A DNA stretch of 64,000 nt, from positions 434 to 64,433 of the forward strand of contig JAGRJR010000007.1 of assembly GCA_020442635.1 (NCBI GenBank), in the 5' to 3' direction. Both the position numbers and the translations under genes were made by a program. Of this stretch, positions 10,004 through 20,490 are shown one piece after another. Below the pieces are notes generated by a model. The model searched no databases. It was not told the DNA's origin and saw only the letters and a program-made list of their open reading frames with translations. Each line of letters begins with the position of its first letter. Within the stretch, counting starts at the first letter, position 1. Source of the DNA: Lysobacterales bacterium. Lineage in GTDB: Bacteria > Pseudomonadota > Gammaproteobacteria > Xanthomonadales > Marinicellaceae.

Positions 10004-11913
10004 TGATGAATATCACAGAGGTGCTGGGTGAGGATGGCCTTTTTCAGCAACAGCTGTCAGGCTTTAAAACCCGCCCACAACAAATTAAGCTGGCTGAAAA
10101 AATAGCCGAGGTGATTGAAGAGCAGTCTGTATTGATTGCTGAAGCTGGAACCGGAACCGGTAAAACCTTTGCTTATTTGTTGCCGGCACTGCTTTCAGAC
10201 AAAAAAATCATTGTGTCTACTGGTACCAAAACCCTACAAGACCAATTATTCACCAAAGACATTCCAAAATTACTGGAAATGTTGCAGATCAAACCCAAGG
10301 TCAGGTTACTCAAAGGCCGCAATAACTATTTGTGTTTACACCGCTATCATCAAGCCTCGGTGATGCCAATCAGCCGTTTTCCTGAAAACAAATCATTATT
10401 TAAACACCTGAATAACTGGATTCATCATTCAATTCGAGGAGAGGTTTCTGAGTTTATCAATCAAGTAGAAAATCGTCAGGTATTAACCAATTTAACTTCA
10501 ACACCAGAAAATTGTTTGGGTGCTGAATGTGACAATTACAACGAATGTTTTGTTTACAAGGCACGTCGCAGAGCGCTTGATGCTGATTTGTTGGTCATCA
10601 ATCATCATTTATTGTTTGCCGATATGGCGATAAAACAAGGAGGTTTTGGTGAATTGTTGCCCAAAGCAGATGTCATAGTGCTGGATGAGTCGCATCAAAT
10701 ACCCGAAATCGCTGGTCGTTTTTTCAGTCAGTTGTTCAGTTCACGTCAATGTAATGAGCTGCTGAGTGATTTGCTGACCGAAGCTGGTGAAGTAGAAGCT
10801 GCATTTGCAACCATCGCTGAAGCACATGAACAATTGAAACGCGCTTTGCGTGATGTCACTCTTGCCATGAGCCAAATGCCGGAACGCGAAAGCAGTAAAC
10901 GATTGTTCCAAACACCGATTATTATCGAGACTTTTGATTTATTATTGCATCAAATGAAGTTGTTACACTCGGCGCTCGAGCCGTTGGTGGTTCAAAGTTC
11001 GGGACTGCAAAATCTATACCTACGATTAGATGGCATGGTGATGTTGCTGGAAGACATGATGCAGCAAGGTGAGGGCAATTATATTTACTGGTTTGAGGCC
11101 AGGGAAAAATATTTTGCGCTGCATAAATCGCCACTGGAAGTGGCCGACCCGTTGTCTAATTTTCGGGCACCGTTAGAAACCAGCTGGGTGCTGACTTCAG
11201 CTACCTTGACAGTTGATGGTTCATTTAGCCACTTTCAGCAGCAAACTGGTTTTGAACCAGCCGACACTTTGTTGCTTGACAGTCCATTTGATTATCAACA
11301 ACAGGCGTTGCTGTTATTACCCAAAGAATTGCCAGAGCCCAGTGATTACGAATTCAATAAAGCCATGTTTGAATACGTGACACCTATCATTGAAGCAGCC
11401 AAGGGCGGCGTGTTTTTTTTGTTCACATCGCATCGCTCATTGCAAATGGCTGCCCACCATTTTCGCAATCAACTAGATCGACCTATTTTTGTTCAAGGTG
11501 AACAGGATCGCAATCAAATGCTTGAAGGGTTTCGTCAAGCAGGTAATGGTTTGTTATTGGGAGCCGCCAGTTTTTGGGAGGGTGTGGATGTAGCAGGTGC
11601 CAGTCTGAGTTGCGTTATTATCGACAAATTACCTTTTGCTCATCCCGGGGAGCCTGTATTGAAAGCGAAAATAGAATACATCAACAAAAACGGCGGTAAA
11701 GCTTTTTTTGACTTCCAGGTTCCGAAGGCAATTATCAGTCTCAAACAAGGCGCAGGAAGATTAATTCGAGGTGAAAATGATCAAGGCTTGTTGGTGATAT
11801 GTGACCGACGCATCACCAGTAAGTCTTACGGTCAAACATTTCTTAACTCTTTACCTGATATGAAAACCACTCACGATCGTGACCAGGCAATTAATTTTTT
11901 ATCGTGCATCTGA
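10003..11913 (+). CDS. yoaA: ATP-dependent DNA helicase, DinG/YoaA (XPD-like Fe-S) family
   Basis: Walker A AEAGTGTGKTFAYLLPA and DEAH-like VLDESHQ. Cys cluster CLHRY...CLGAECDNYNEC. 636 aa, the length I recall for E. coli YoaA. Confidence 0.8.
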   Translation: MMNITEVLGEDGLFQQQLSGFKTRPQQIKLAEKIAEVIEEQSVLIAEAGTGTGKTFAYLLPALLSDKKIIVSTGTKTLQDQLFTKDIPKLLEMLQIKPKVRLLKGRNNYLCLHRYHQASVMPISRFPENKSLFKHLNNWIHHSIRGEVSEFINQVENRQVLTNLTSTPENCLGAECDNYNECFVYKARRRALDADLLVINHHLLFADMAIKQGGFGELLPKADVIVLDESHQIPEIAGRFFSQLFSSRQCNELLSDLLTEAGEVEAAFATIAEAHEQLKRALRDVTLAMSQMPERESSKRLFQTPIIIETFDLLLHQMKLLHSALEPLVVQSSGLQNLYLRLDGMVMLLEDMMQQGEGNYIYWFEAREKYFALHKSPLEVADPLSNFRAPLETSWVLTSATLTVDGSFSHFQQQTGFEPADTLLLDSPFDYQQQALLLLPKELPEPSDYEFNKAMFEYVTPIIEAAKGGVFFLFTSHRSLQMAAHHFRNQLDRPIFVQGEQDRNQMLEGFRQAGNGLLLGAASFWEGVDVAGASLSCVIIDKLPFAHPGEPVLKAKIEYINKNGGKAFFDFQVPKAIISLKQGAGRLIRGENDQGLLVICDRRITSKSYGQTFLNSLPDMKTTHDRDQAINFLSCI

Positions 11914-11995
11914 GTCCAACTGGTTATTGTAAAACCCAAAACATTTTATATTTGTTGTTGCAAGTTGATCAACATTCTGTCTTATGAAAGCTTAT

Positions 11996-13747
11996 CTATA
12001 GCTGCTTTTTGATGGTGTTTTGACTGTTTGAGTCCATCAGTATGTGGTACTGCAGCATTTCATAGTCAATTAGCCACTGTTGCTGAACAACTGAGGGTGA
12101 TTTGGAAGTGGGGTATTTCGAAGACAATGGGTTGATGTAATCCATTGCTTGCGTATTGAACTTGAAAAAGCCGTCGGGCATCAACCCAGCTACTTTCAGT
12201 GTCAGCGCAGACAGGTAATTCATACTGACAAAAAAATTATCGTAAGCGGGTTGTTTAGGCAGGTAGTTAGACCAAATCAACGCTGGAACCACATATTTTT
12301 GATGATTTTTCGTGTGCTCATCTCGAATTAAGTCCAGTGCAGGCTGGTGATCACCGGCAAATAAAATCAAGGTCTTTTCCTCCGACTTTTCGTAATAGGC
12401 CACCAAATCAGTCAGCAAGGTTTCAACATGTCTTAAGGCATTAAAATATGCCAGGGTTTTGTTTTGTAGGTGTTTAGAAATGCCATGATTATGTTTAAGT
12501 TTAAGGGTGCTTTCAGGATAGTCTTCAAGGTGCCATGGCATGTGGCTGGAGTTGGCAAACGAATAAATAAAGGACTTGTCTTCAGCAGCAGTGATTGCGG
12601 TAATTTGTTTGAACAGCTCCTGGCTGGATGCAAACCGACCAGAAGGATCTAATTCAATCCCATCTCCGGTTAATGCCATTTTCTGATTGATACCAATGTA
12701 ATCATAAATTTTTTCAAAACCAAAGCCAGAAAGTTCAACCACCTGGATTACACTTGATTTGAATCCCCAGTCACTCAGCACCCTGGCTATACTCGGTGTA
12801 TGATCTGATACCAACTCTCGAAAAGGCAGAGATTCGATGGGTGTGAAAAACATACTCAATCCGGTTAATAGTTCAAATTCGGTATTGATGGATTTGCCGC
12901 CAAAAACAGGTACCACGACTTTTCCTGAAATGTGCTTTTCACGTAATTTATTGAAATGTTTAACTACGACTTCAGATGTCTCCCAACCAAGTTCATTTGG
13001 ATCAACAAATGATTCCACCAGGATAAATATGATATTGTCGGGAACCTCGGTTTCAGGAGTTATGGCTGGTGATTTGTCTAAGTCGTGTTTGGTTAAAATT
13101 TTGTTAACCTGCTCCTTGTTATAACCTTCAGGTTTAGTAGGTTTGGTTTGAAAGAAAATAGATTGGATAAAAAAATTCAGGTATCCATGTTTGGTAAAAC
13201 GATTAACCAGATTGCTGTTTTTTAATATTAATAGCTTTTCAGCTTTTAAATAAGCACTGATGTGATTTGATTGCCAGGTCATCAAGCCAGAAGACACAAT
13301 CAATATAAACAGAGCATAATAGCGAAGCCCGCGGATGGGTTTTTCTTTTTTTAACAGGAAAACCACCAAAACAATCAGTGGTACAACAGCTATGATGAGA
13401 TAAAGCAAATATTCAATGATGACTGAGGTGGTTCTGAGCAAATCATCCAATTGGGTGAAATCGATGGGCATCAGTGGCGCATCTAAAAAATTGATCTTGA
13501 CCAGGTTAACCAGAATAAAACAAAGGTAGACAGCCAAAGTTATCCAGGTCGTGGCATACAGTCTGGAGGTTAAAAAAACCAGAAATAACCACACAAAAGC
13601 CAAAGCCATCAACTCAATTCCAAGGCCCCAACTGAAACCCTTGGTTTTACCAACGAGACCAGATGCGGGAATGGCCCAACCGTAAACCAACGCAATAAGC
13701 AAAGTGGCAAGAAGAAGAAAAATAAAACCGGCTTTTAAATACTTCAT
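11996..13747 (-). CDS. LtaS/OpgB-type membrane phospho-alcohol transferase (alkaline-phosphatase superfamily)
   Basis: Multi-TM N-terminus plus an extracytoplasmic domain with VESFVDP and GGKSINTEFELLTG (Thr nucleophile context). No C/S-x-P-x-R formylglycine motif. Confidence 0.7.
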   Translation of the reverse strand: MKYLKAGFIFLLLATLLIALVYGWAIPASGLVGKTKGFSWGLGIELMALAFVWLFLVFLTSRLYATTWITLAVYLCFILVNLVKINFLDAPLMPIDFTQLDDLLRTTSVIIEYLLYLIIAVVPLIVLVVFLLKKEKPIRGLRYYALFILIVSSGLMTWQSNHISAYLKAEKLLILKNSNLVNRFTKHGYLNFFIQSIFFQTKPTKPEGYNKEQVNKILTKHDLDKSPAITPETEVPDNIIFILVESFVDPNELGWETSEVVVKHFNKLREKHISGKVVVPVFGGKSINTEFELLTGLSMFFTPIESLPFRELVSDHTPSIARVLSDWGFKSSVIQVVELSGFGFEKIYDYIGINQKMALTGDGIELDPSGRFASSQELFKQITAITAAEDKSFIYSFANSSHMPWHLEDYPESTLKLKHNHGISKHLQNKTLAYFNALRHVETLLTDLVAYYEKSEEKTLILFAGDHQPALDLIRDEHTKNHQKYVVPALIWSNYLPKQPAYDNFFVSMNYLSALTLKVAGLMPDGFFKFNTQAMDYINPLSSKYPTSKSPSVVQQQWLIDYEMLQYHILMDSNSQNTIKKQL

Positions 13748-13966
13748 TTTGTTTTTATTGTCTCTTTCTTAAGCATTTTTTAATATCAATGGTGTTAAGT
13801 TACTTATCATAAAATATGAAAATTGTGCTTTTAAAGCTGATGTAAACAGGGCGTTGAATTATAAAAGACATTGAGCTATATACTCAAAAAACTTTAAATT
13901 TTTGACTGATAAGACCGAAAGAGCCGTTTTAATTTTAAAGAATTGATTAAACTGCTGAAAAAAACC

Positions 13967-16126
13967 ATGAAAAAGTTCATTAAACCAACTGCTTTGCTGT
14001 TCTGTTTCTTCACAGAAGTGATATCAGCTCAATCGACTGGAACGGGTTGGGTTGTTGAAAACATTCATGGGCCATCGCAAGTCGGAATCTCGGACAACTT
14101 GTCCATAGACATTAATGATGATGGTTTGATAGACATCGTTTCTGTGTCCATAGAGGATGGAAATTTGAGGGCATACATCAATCAGGACAACCTACAGTTT
14201 GAAGAATTGACGCTTAGCAAAGATCTGTTAGGTGCATACAGACTGACATCAGCCTACTTAAATCAAGATGGTGAAATAGATTTTATCATTCCTTCCATTG
14301 ACTCACATCAAATTATTGCCATGATAGCAGTGCCTGGTGAACCCATACCAACCTATCAAAAGAAAATCATTGCTGAGAATGTCTTATTACCCACTGATGC
14401 ACTGGCGGCCGATTTCAATAATGACGATTTGATGGATGTTGTCAGCATTTCATTTGAGGATGGTTTACTTTTGCTACATACTCAAAATATGCACGGTGAA
14501 TTCACCACGACGCTTATTTCAGATACACCAGTAAGGCCACGAAAAATGGTGACAAAAGATTTTAACAATGATCAGCGGACGGATATTTTACTGGCTTCAT
14601 CTGAAGACAACAGCATCAGGTTATATCTCAATGAAGGCCCGGGTTTATTCACAGAAAGATTGATCAGTGATCAGTTAGAAGGTGTTAGTTACATTGCTTT
14701 GTGTGATGACGAGGCCGCATTGTTTCCAGACTTTGCAGCTGGTGTAAACGGTGCTGACCAGGTGGTTCTTTTTAATAACATCAATGGTGAATTATTTTCA
14801 GAGTTCATTGTTGATACCAACTTACCTGGTGCCAACGCAGTTCACTGTGCCAACATAGATGAAGATTCAGATTTGGAATTAATTGGTATTTCAAATACCT
14901 TAGCAAGCATTTATTCCTACCAATTGACCGGACTGATAAATAAACAGTTGGTTGCTAATGACAGAGACGGCTATGTTTCTATTGATGTGGCTCAATTTGA
15001 TATCAATAAAGGCCCGCAAATTCTCACACAGTCATATTTTGCCCAACGAAATTTACTTTATATGCCGGGCTCAGAAAATCAGGAAACAGTGGTGTGGGAA
15101 GACTTTCCTGAAGGCGCCAGGAGAGTGATGGCTGCAGATTTAACAGCGAATGGTACAGATGACCTGGTGATCAGTAGTTTTCGCAGTAATGAATTGATTA
15201 TGTATGAAGAAAATGGCACCGTTCAGCGATTGCTTGCCAGTGGACTCGAGGGTGTGGATGGCATAGAGTTGTATGACTTGGATAACAATAACCTTATAGA
15301 CATTCTTGTAACCACGGCTTATGGTGACGAAATATTTTGGTTTAAAAATTTAGATGGTGTCACCTATGAACAACATCTGATAACATCCAATCTAGACAAT
15401 CCACAAAGCGTCTTGGTCACGGATATCAATGGTGACCAACAACCAGATGTAGTAGCCACTTCATCTTTGGGTGATGCAATTTGGTGGTTTGAGCGGAGTG
15501 GAAATGTGTTCACTGAGCACAATATTTCAATGATTTCTGATGGTGCCAAGGATTTGTGCGCCGCGGATTTCAACAATGATGAAATGATGGATCTGGTGGT
15601 GACGAATTACTTCGGAAATTCGGTCGATTTATGGGTGAATAATCAACAAGGTTCAAGTTTCAGTCAAGTCAGCCTGGTCACAAATGTGCTGAGGCCCGAA
15701 AAGGTGGAGTGTGATAATTCGTTGTCGGATGGTCCGAAGGATGTTTGGGTATCGATTTCCGGAGATGGTCAAATGTTGCACTTAAAACACTTAGGTGGCC
15801 TGAATTTTGAACCACAAATTGTGGTTGATAAACTCAGTCAACCCAGAGGTTTTACCCTTTTTGAAATCGGTGAGAAGCGTAATCTAGCCATTGCCGACAA
15901 TACGCGCTCTGAAATTATAGAGGTTCGAAATGTTTTAGCTGATCAACAATGGACCGGTCTTTTGGCCTCGCCGTTATTTGGAATCAATTCGGTGTTTTCA
16001 GCCAGGCCTCTTAAAAACGAAGCAGTCAGAATTTATGCCACATCCACCGTTGATTCTGCCTTGAGAAGCTTAAGTTATCGGGACTTGATCTTTGAGGACG
16101 GATTTAACCTTCAATCAGCTCGGTAA
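13967..16126 (+). CDS. secreted FG-GAP/VCBS-repeat protein
   Basis: Signal peptide MKKFIKPTALLFCFFTEVISA. Repeated Ca-binding-like D-x-N-x-D-x-x-x-D units (DINDDGLIDIV, DFNNDDLMDVV, DFNNDQRTDIL, DINGDQQPDVV, DFNNDEMMDLV). ATG 13967 is preferred over TTG 13943. Confidence 0.75.
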   Translation: MKKFIKPTALLFCFFTEVISAQSTGTGWVVENIHGPSQVGISDNLSIDINDDGLIDIVSVSIEDGNLRAYINQDNLQFEELTLSKDLLGAYRLTSAYLNQDGEIDFIIPSIDSHQIIAMIAVPGEPIPTYQKKIIAENVLLPTDALAADFNNDDLMDVVSISFEDGLLLLHTQNMHGEFTTTLISDTPVRPRKMVTKDFNNDQRTDILLASSEDNSIRLYLNEGPGLFTERLISDQLEGVSYIALCDDEAALFPDFAAGVNGADQVVLFNNINGELFSEFIVDTNLPGANAVHCANIDEDSDLELIGISNTLASIYSYQLTGLINKQLVANDRDGYVSIDVAQFDINKGPQILTQSYFAQRNLLYMPGSENQETVVWEDFPEGARRVMAADLTANGTDDLVISSFRSNELIMYEENGTVQRLLASGLEGVDGIELYDLDNNNLIDILVTTAYGDEIFWFKNLDGVTYEQHLITSNLDNPQSVLVTDINGDQQPDVVATSSLGDAIWWFERSGNVFTEHNISMISDGAKDLCAADFNNDEMMDLVVTNYFGNSVDLWVNNQQGSSFSQVSLVTNVLRPEKVECDNSLSDGPKDVWVSISGDGQMLHLKHLGGLNFEPQIVVDKLSQPRGFTLFEIGEKRNLAIADNTRSEIIEVRNVLADQQWTGLLASPLFGINSVFSARPLKNEAVRIYATSTVDSALRSLSYRDLIFEDGFNLQSAR

Positions 16127-16976
16127 AAACTTCCCATAAACTTGAACATTTGAGGTCAATCATTTCTATTTGATGGTTTTTCAAGGGATGTATCTCAATA
16201 GTCTCGTCTTGAGAATCAAGGTTAAACGATGATTCGTTAAGGTATTCTCTGTTTTTAGATAACAGTCTGCTGCCTGTTAGATACTCCTGATCATTGCATG
16301 TTAACGATTCTTGGGTCCCAAGACCTTGGATTTCATCAGTGCCTACATCAATCAATTTTGAAATAGTTTCAGTAGGATGTTCACAAAGTTGATCATATCT
16401 AATCAAATGATCAACTTGGTTGATTTGATTAAGTATCTCCTGATTAACGGATAACCACTGGTCAGCACTTTGCACCAGTTTGTCTTGGTTTTGTATTTGT
16501 AGCCAATTTTTGGGCTTGACACCCCACCATCCATTTTCTGGCGGATACCCCATGTGCTCATGAGGTGTGTACTTTTTCAGCAGTGAAAATACATTGGCCA
16601 GTGGGTTTCTGATCATGGCGACAATCTTGCTTTCTGGAAAGTGTTTCTTTAACCAGGGAATTCTTACCGAGTTGTATGGATTTTTATTGATCCAAATGGG
16701 ACGACTTATGTTTTGAACCTTAATTCTTTCCAATAAGAGATGCTGATCTGACACCAAAAAATCATCTGAATCCAGATTGTGACCATGCTCACCATTATAT
16801 TGTTGATAAATTCGCCCACAAGGTTCTGCGGTGGGAGAAAAGGGTGGACTGTCTCCCCAGAAATCTCTTCCTTCGAGTTTAAATGGATTGGCAACATTGG
16901 GTTGGGTTAAAAGCAAACGGTTCAGAAGCGTGGTTCCTGATTTTTGTAAACCTATGATAAAAATAATCTGACTCAT
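16104..16976 (-). CDS. sulfotransferase
   Basis: 5'-PSB-like FIIGLQKSGTTLLNRLL and 3'-PB-like MIRNPLANVFS. Confidence 0.75.
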   Translation of the reverse strand: MSQIIFIIGLQKSGTTLLNRLLLTQPNVANPFKLEGRDFWGDSPPFSPTAEPCGRIYQQYNGEHGHNLDSDDFLVSDQHLLLERIKVQNISRPIWINKNPYNSVRIPWLKKHFPESKIVAMIRNPLANVFSLLKKYTPHEHMGYPPENGWWGVKPKNWLQIQNQDKLVQSADQWLSVNQEILNQINQVDHLIRYDQLCEHPTETISKLIDVGTDEIQGLGTQESLTCNDQEYLTGSRLLSKNREYLNESSFNLDSQDETIEIHPLKNHQIEMIDLKCSSLWEVFTELIEG

Positions 16977-17041
16977 GATATTTGATGTCTGGGTAACCGA
17001 AGTTGTCAGTTATGTATTCGGTCTCATGTTAAATTGTTGAA

Positions 17042-18931
17042 TTAATCGTTGCCAGTTGCTGCAGAAAGTTGACCGTAGTAATTTTCTCCATATAAAACAT
17101 CATACTGCAAAACTTGATAATCAAAAACCATATCTTTGAATTGCTCAGGAATTTCATCGGTATAGGTGTCATTTGCAGTTTTGACTAACATTGATAACTC
17201 TTCAATTTCATCAGACATTTTAATCAACAAATTGTACAGCGGGGTGGTTTTAACCTGGATCAATTTAAGCAGCTTGGCTCCTAACAGATTCATGCTCAGG
17301 TTTTGATTGAACTGAGGTGAATTAAAATTACTCCAAACAACATAAGGCACTCGGTGGTTTAACAACAGTGTGTTTTTGTCAGTATTGAGAATGATTTTTT
17401 TAAAGTGATTAACCATGGCCTGCCTGCTGCTAAATTGTGACTTGATATTTTTATTGCTCAAATGACTTTCAATCATGAAATTTTGTCGATATTCCGGAAG
17501 GCTGGGTTGATGGTCACCCATAATCAGAATAACGGTATCTTCATCGTATGTTTCATAGAAACTGATTAATTTTTTAATGGCTTTGTCAGTACTATGAATG
17601 GCGTTAACATAGGTTTTTATCTCTTTTTTTCCTTCTTCAAAAAAACTACCTTCAACATCTAGGTCAGAATTTAAATAAGCTGGGTAGTTCCAGGGGCCAT
17701 GGGTTGAATTTGGAAAAGCAAAAATAAACTGGGGTGGTTCTCGTTCGGTCATTGCTGTTATTTTGTTGATCAATGAAGTGTCGTCGGAATACCTTTCAGC
17801 TGCATCCCAGCTAGACTGCGGGTCATGTAACGTAGTGCTGATGTCATTAAAGCCCATATTGGGATAAGCAACCTGATAATTAAAGTAGCCAAGGCTTGCA
17901 ACATGAATGGCATTGGTTTCGTAGCCGTTATTTTTAAATTCATTGACAATGCTGGGTTTGGGCTGATTCATCAAATCAATATATGGAATAGAACCTTCTG
18001 TGACAAAGCGTAAACTCAGGCCGGTTAATAATTCAAACTCTGCATTTGCTGAACGGCCGCCTATGACTGGTGAGATGACTTCTCCTGAGGAAAACGCTTC
18101 ACTGATGGCCCGAAAATTTGGGATAGGGTCAAAACTGGTTTTAAGTCCCAACTTTCTTGGGTCGGTAAAAGATTCGATGAAAAAAATAATGACATTGGGT
18201 TTATCTGATGAGGGTTCACTGTTTTTGTTTTGATATTTTTGGTATATGCTTTTAACCAGATGATAGTCATATTTGGCAGGTGCTTCTGGTTTGTCACTTT
18301 TCAAAATCCGATATATAAATGTAAATAAAAAACCGTTTTTTTCAGATCCTTTCAGTGGGTAAGACTGACCTTTGGCAATGTTGGCATCAACCAGACTTTT
18401 GGCTATTGAATCATGATTCACCACCACCCCAAAAATCATCCCCACAGTCAAAATGCGAATGGTAAGTAAGTGCTTCCCGAAAAAAGGGGTTTTCTTCTCC
18501 TTTTGCATCAAAAACAACAGCAATCCCAACAGCAATGAGGCCATTATTACACCCGGAAAATAGGGCTTGAACACTTCCCAGGTCCTGATTAATTCAAGTG
18601 AATGTACCAGATCTATCGGGTAAACAGGCACGCCCAATGCCACAATTTTTTCAATATTTATCAGCATGAAAAAAATGTAACAAACAGAAACCAAAACCAA
18701 TGAACCAATGGTTCTGCGGGTAAAAACCAGCAAAACCGTGAACAATATAAGCATGGTCAGAGGTTCAATATAAAGAGAACTTTGTCCTAAGCGTAAGGGA
18801 TTAACCAGAGTTAAGCTGGAAATGACATAAGCCAGTAAACTGTGAAATAAAAAGAAATAAATTGCAGCCAATAAAACCCAGAGAATTTTATTGAAGTAGT
18901 TTGCTTTATTTTGAGAATTAGCGGTTATCAT
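17042..18931 (-). CDS. LtaS/OpgB-type membrane phospho-alcohol transferase (paralogue of 11996-13747)
   Basis: Multi-TM N-terminus, IESFTDP, GGRSANAEFELLTG. No formylglycine sulfatase motif. Confidence 0.7.
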   Translation of the reverse strand: MITANSQNKANYFNKILWVLLAAIYFFLFHSLLAYVISSLTLVNPLRLGQSSLYIEPLTMLILFTVLLVFTRRTIGSLVLVSVCYIFFMLINIEKIVALGVPVYPIDLVHSLELIRTWEVFKPYFPGVIMASLLLGLLLFLMQKEKKTPFFGKHLLTIRILTVGMIFGVVVNHDSIAKSLVDANIAKGQSYPLKGSEKNGFLFTFIYRILKSDKPEAPAKYDYHLVKSIYQKYQNKNSEPSSDKPNVIIFFIESFTDPRKLGLKTSFDPIPNFRAISEAFSSGEVISPVIGGRSANAEFELLTGLSLRFVTEGSIPYIDLMNQPKPSIVNEFKNNGYETNAIHVASLGYFNYQVAYPNMGFNDISTTLHDPQSSWDAAERYSDDTSLINKITAMTEREPPQFIFAFPNSTHGPWNYPAYLNSDLDVEGSFFEEGKKEIKTYVNAIHSTDKAIKKLISFYETYDEDTVILIMGDHQPSLPEYRQNFMIESHLSNKNIKSQFSSRQAMVNHFKKIILNTDKNTLLLNHRVPYVVWSNFNSPQFNQNLSMNLLGAKLLKLIQVKTTPLYNLLIKMSDEIEELSMLVKTANDTYTDEIPEQFKDMVFDYQVLQYDVLYGENYYGQLSAATGND

Positions 18932-19824
18932 ACGGGCATGATGTCATAGACTTCCTCGGCAATTCCCTGTAAAGAAATGTGGCTGGTTTGATCGTTCTGA
19001 ATCAATGTGACACCACTTTCTCCTGCCAGAATACCCTGATCAGAAATATTTCCAACATATTTGTTTTGAGAATGTGAAACCACTCGACCTTTTGATGTGC
19101 CAAATAACAAAACGGAATCATCGATATACAAACCTCTTGTGTAGCCATGTTCAACTTGAGTGATGACTTGGCCATTTTCCTTGATGACACGTTTTTTGCT
19201 TGAGTCACAGACGTACAGCTCATTGTTATAAGAAAAAAGTGAATGCGGCTGCTTTAGGCCAGAGATGAGTTTGGTGTTTGAATTGATATTGAGTGCGTAG
19301 CCTTCTTCTGCAAACATCCAAAATTCTTTTTCTTTGCTGCCAAAAGCACTGATGATGATATCGCCTTGATGCATACAAATAGAATTGATGTGGTGCGTGT
19401 CAGCCAGTGTGCCGATTTCAAAAACCGTTTCGAACCCAGCATTAATCCCAGCTCTGATACCCTTGTTGAAGTTATATTTAACCACCCGATCTTGTTTGGT
19501 CGCAACCAAGTATAAATTGCCATTGTTATACAGAACCGAATGGGCGCCTTTGATTGGTTCAAGTGACAAGCAATGGATCAATTCAAATTGCTTGTTGAGC
19601 ACCAATAGTTTTGAGTGTTTTGATTGCGCCGCTAAATAATAATAATCATTGCATTGTGCCAAGCCAGTGATGCCATTGATTTCATCAAATTCCTCACATT
19701 CTAAGCAGATATCTGTATAGGTTAAATGTTTATTTTTCAGGGTAATTAGGCCCAACAAACCACTTTTTCTGTCGGATGATTTGTTTTTTCTGTTGTTACA
19801 AAAGCTGATTAAAAAAGAATTCAT
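18928..19824 (-). CDS. hypothetical protein, possibly beta-propeller-like
   Basis: 298-aa ORF. Its stop overlaps the start of the downstream LtaS-like gene by 4 nt. Repetitive strand-like segments (NGNLYLVA, NNELYVCD, DSVLLFGT). No family assignment possible by eye. Confidence 0.45.
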   Translation of the reverse strand: MNSFLISFCNNRKNKSSDRKSGLLGLITLKNKHLTYTDICLECEEFDEINGITGLAQCNDYYYLAAQSKHSKLLVLNKQFELIHCLSLEPIKGAHSVLYNNGNLYLVATKQDRVVKYNFNKGIRAGINAGFETVFEIGTLADTHHINSICMHQGDIIISAFGSKEKEFWMFAEEGYALNINSNTKLISGLKQPHSLFSYNNELYVCDSSKKRVIKENGQVITQVEHGYTRGLYIDDSVLLFGTSKGRVVSHSQNKYVGNISDQGILAGESGVTLIQNDQTSHISLQGIAEEVYDIMPV

Positions 19825-19833
19825 GTTATTTGA

Positions 19834-20490
19834 TCAATCGGCTGAAAGATTGGCCTCAGGTTGTGATTCAAAGTGATAGTCGAGCATGCTTATATCCTTG
19901 CTATATAAATGTTCAATGATTTCTTTGGACTCCTCGTCATAATATTCCGAATAATGTCCCCTGCTGCCTTTTTTAGAGTGCAGGATTTGCTTGAAGCTGA
20001 TGTTCAGCTTGTTAAGAACATCGGTAACTGCTTGCTGAAAATTTTCAAATCTATAGACCTGGTCTACCAGGGAATGACCATTTTCATCAAGGAAGAACTT
20101 ATATTGGCAGGACCATTGAACATGTTCCTTTTTTTGGATCAGCTGTAAGTAAGTTTTGAATTCATCATTGGCTTTCATCCCTATAAAGTCCATCAAATCA
20201 GGTCTTTTTTTGATATAGGTAAATTGCGAAACAATTTTATCCCAGGGATTTCTGACTACTGTAAATTTAAAATAAGAGCTAAAAATACGCGGGCTAAACT
20301 CATTTTTTATCTGTGCTGCATACAGGTGCTGTAAACCGCCGGTTTGGTACTTGTTATACATGGGACTGATAAAGCCCATGTACAAGTTATCAGTGGTTTT
20401 TTCCTCGGGCTCCCAAATCATATTTTCAATACTGGTACCTCCGCATTTAGGTATGTGTACAAAAATACATTGGTGTTTGTGAGAAATCAT
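19834..20490 (-). CDS. sulfotransferase (carbohydrate sulfotransferase-like)
   Basis: IFVHIPKCGGTSIENMI (PAPS 5'-phosphate loop of the Sulfotransfer_2 type) and VVRNPWDKIVS. Confidence 0.7.
   Translation of the reverse strand: MISHKHQCIFVHIPKCGGTSIENMIWEPEEKTTDNLYMGFISPMYNKYQTGGLQHLYAAQIKNEFSPRIFSSYFKFTVVRNPWDKIVSQFTYIKKRPDLMDFIGMKANDEFKTYLQLIQKKEHVQWSCQYKFFLDENGHSLVDQVYRFENFQQAVTDVLNKLNISFKQILHSKKGSRGHYSEYYDEESKEIIEHLYSKDISMLDYHFESQPEANLSAD

Noticed and set aside
11996-13747. Annotating the two alkaline-phosphatase-superfamily membrane proteins (also 17042-18931) as sulfatases
   Set aside because: Both lack the C/S-x-P-x-R formylglycine motif and have the Thr-containing LtaS/OpgB-type nucleophile context with a multi-TM N-terminus.
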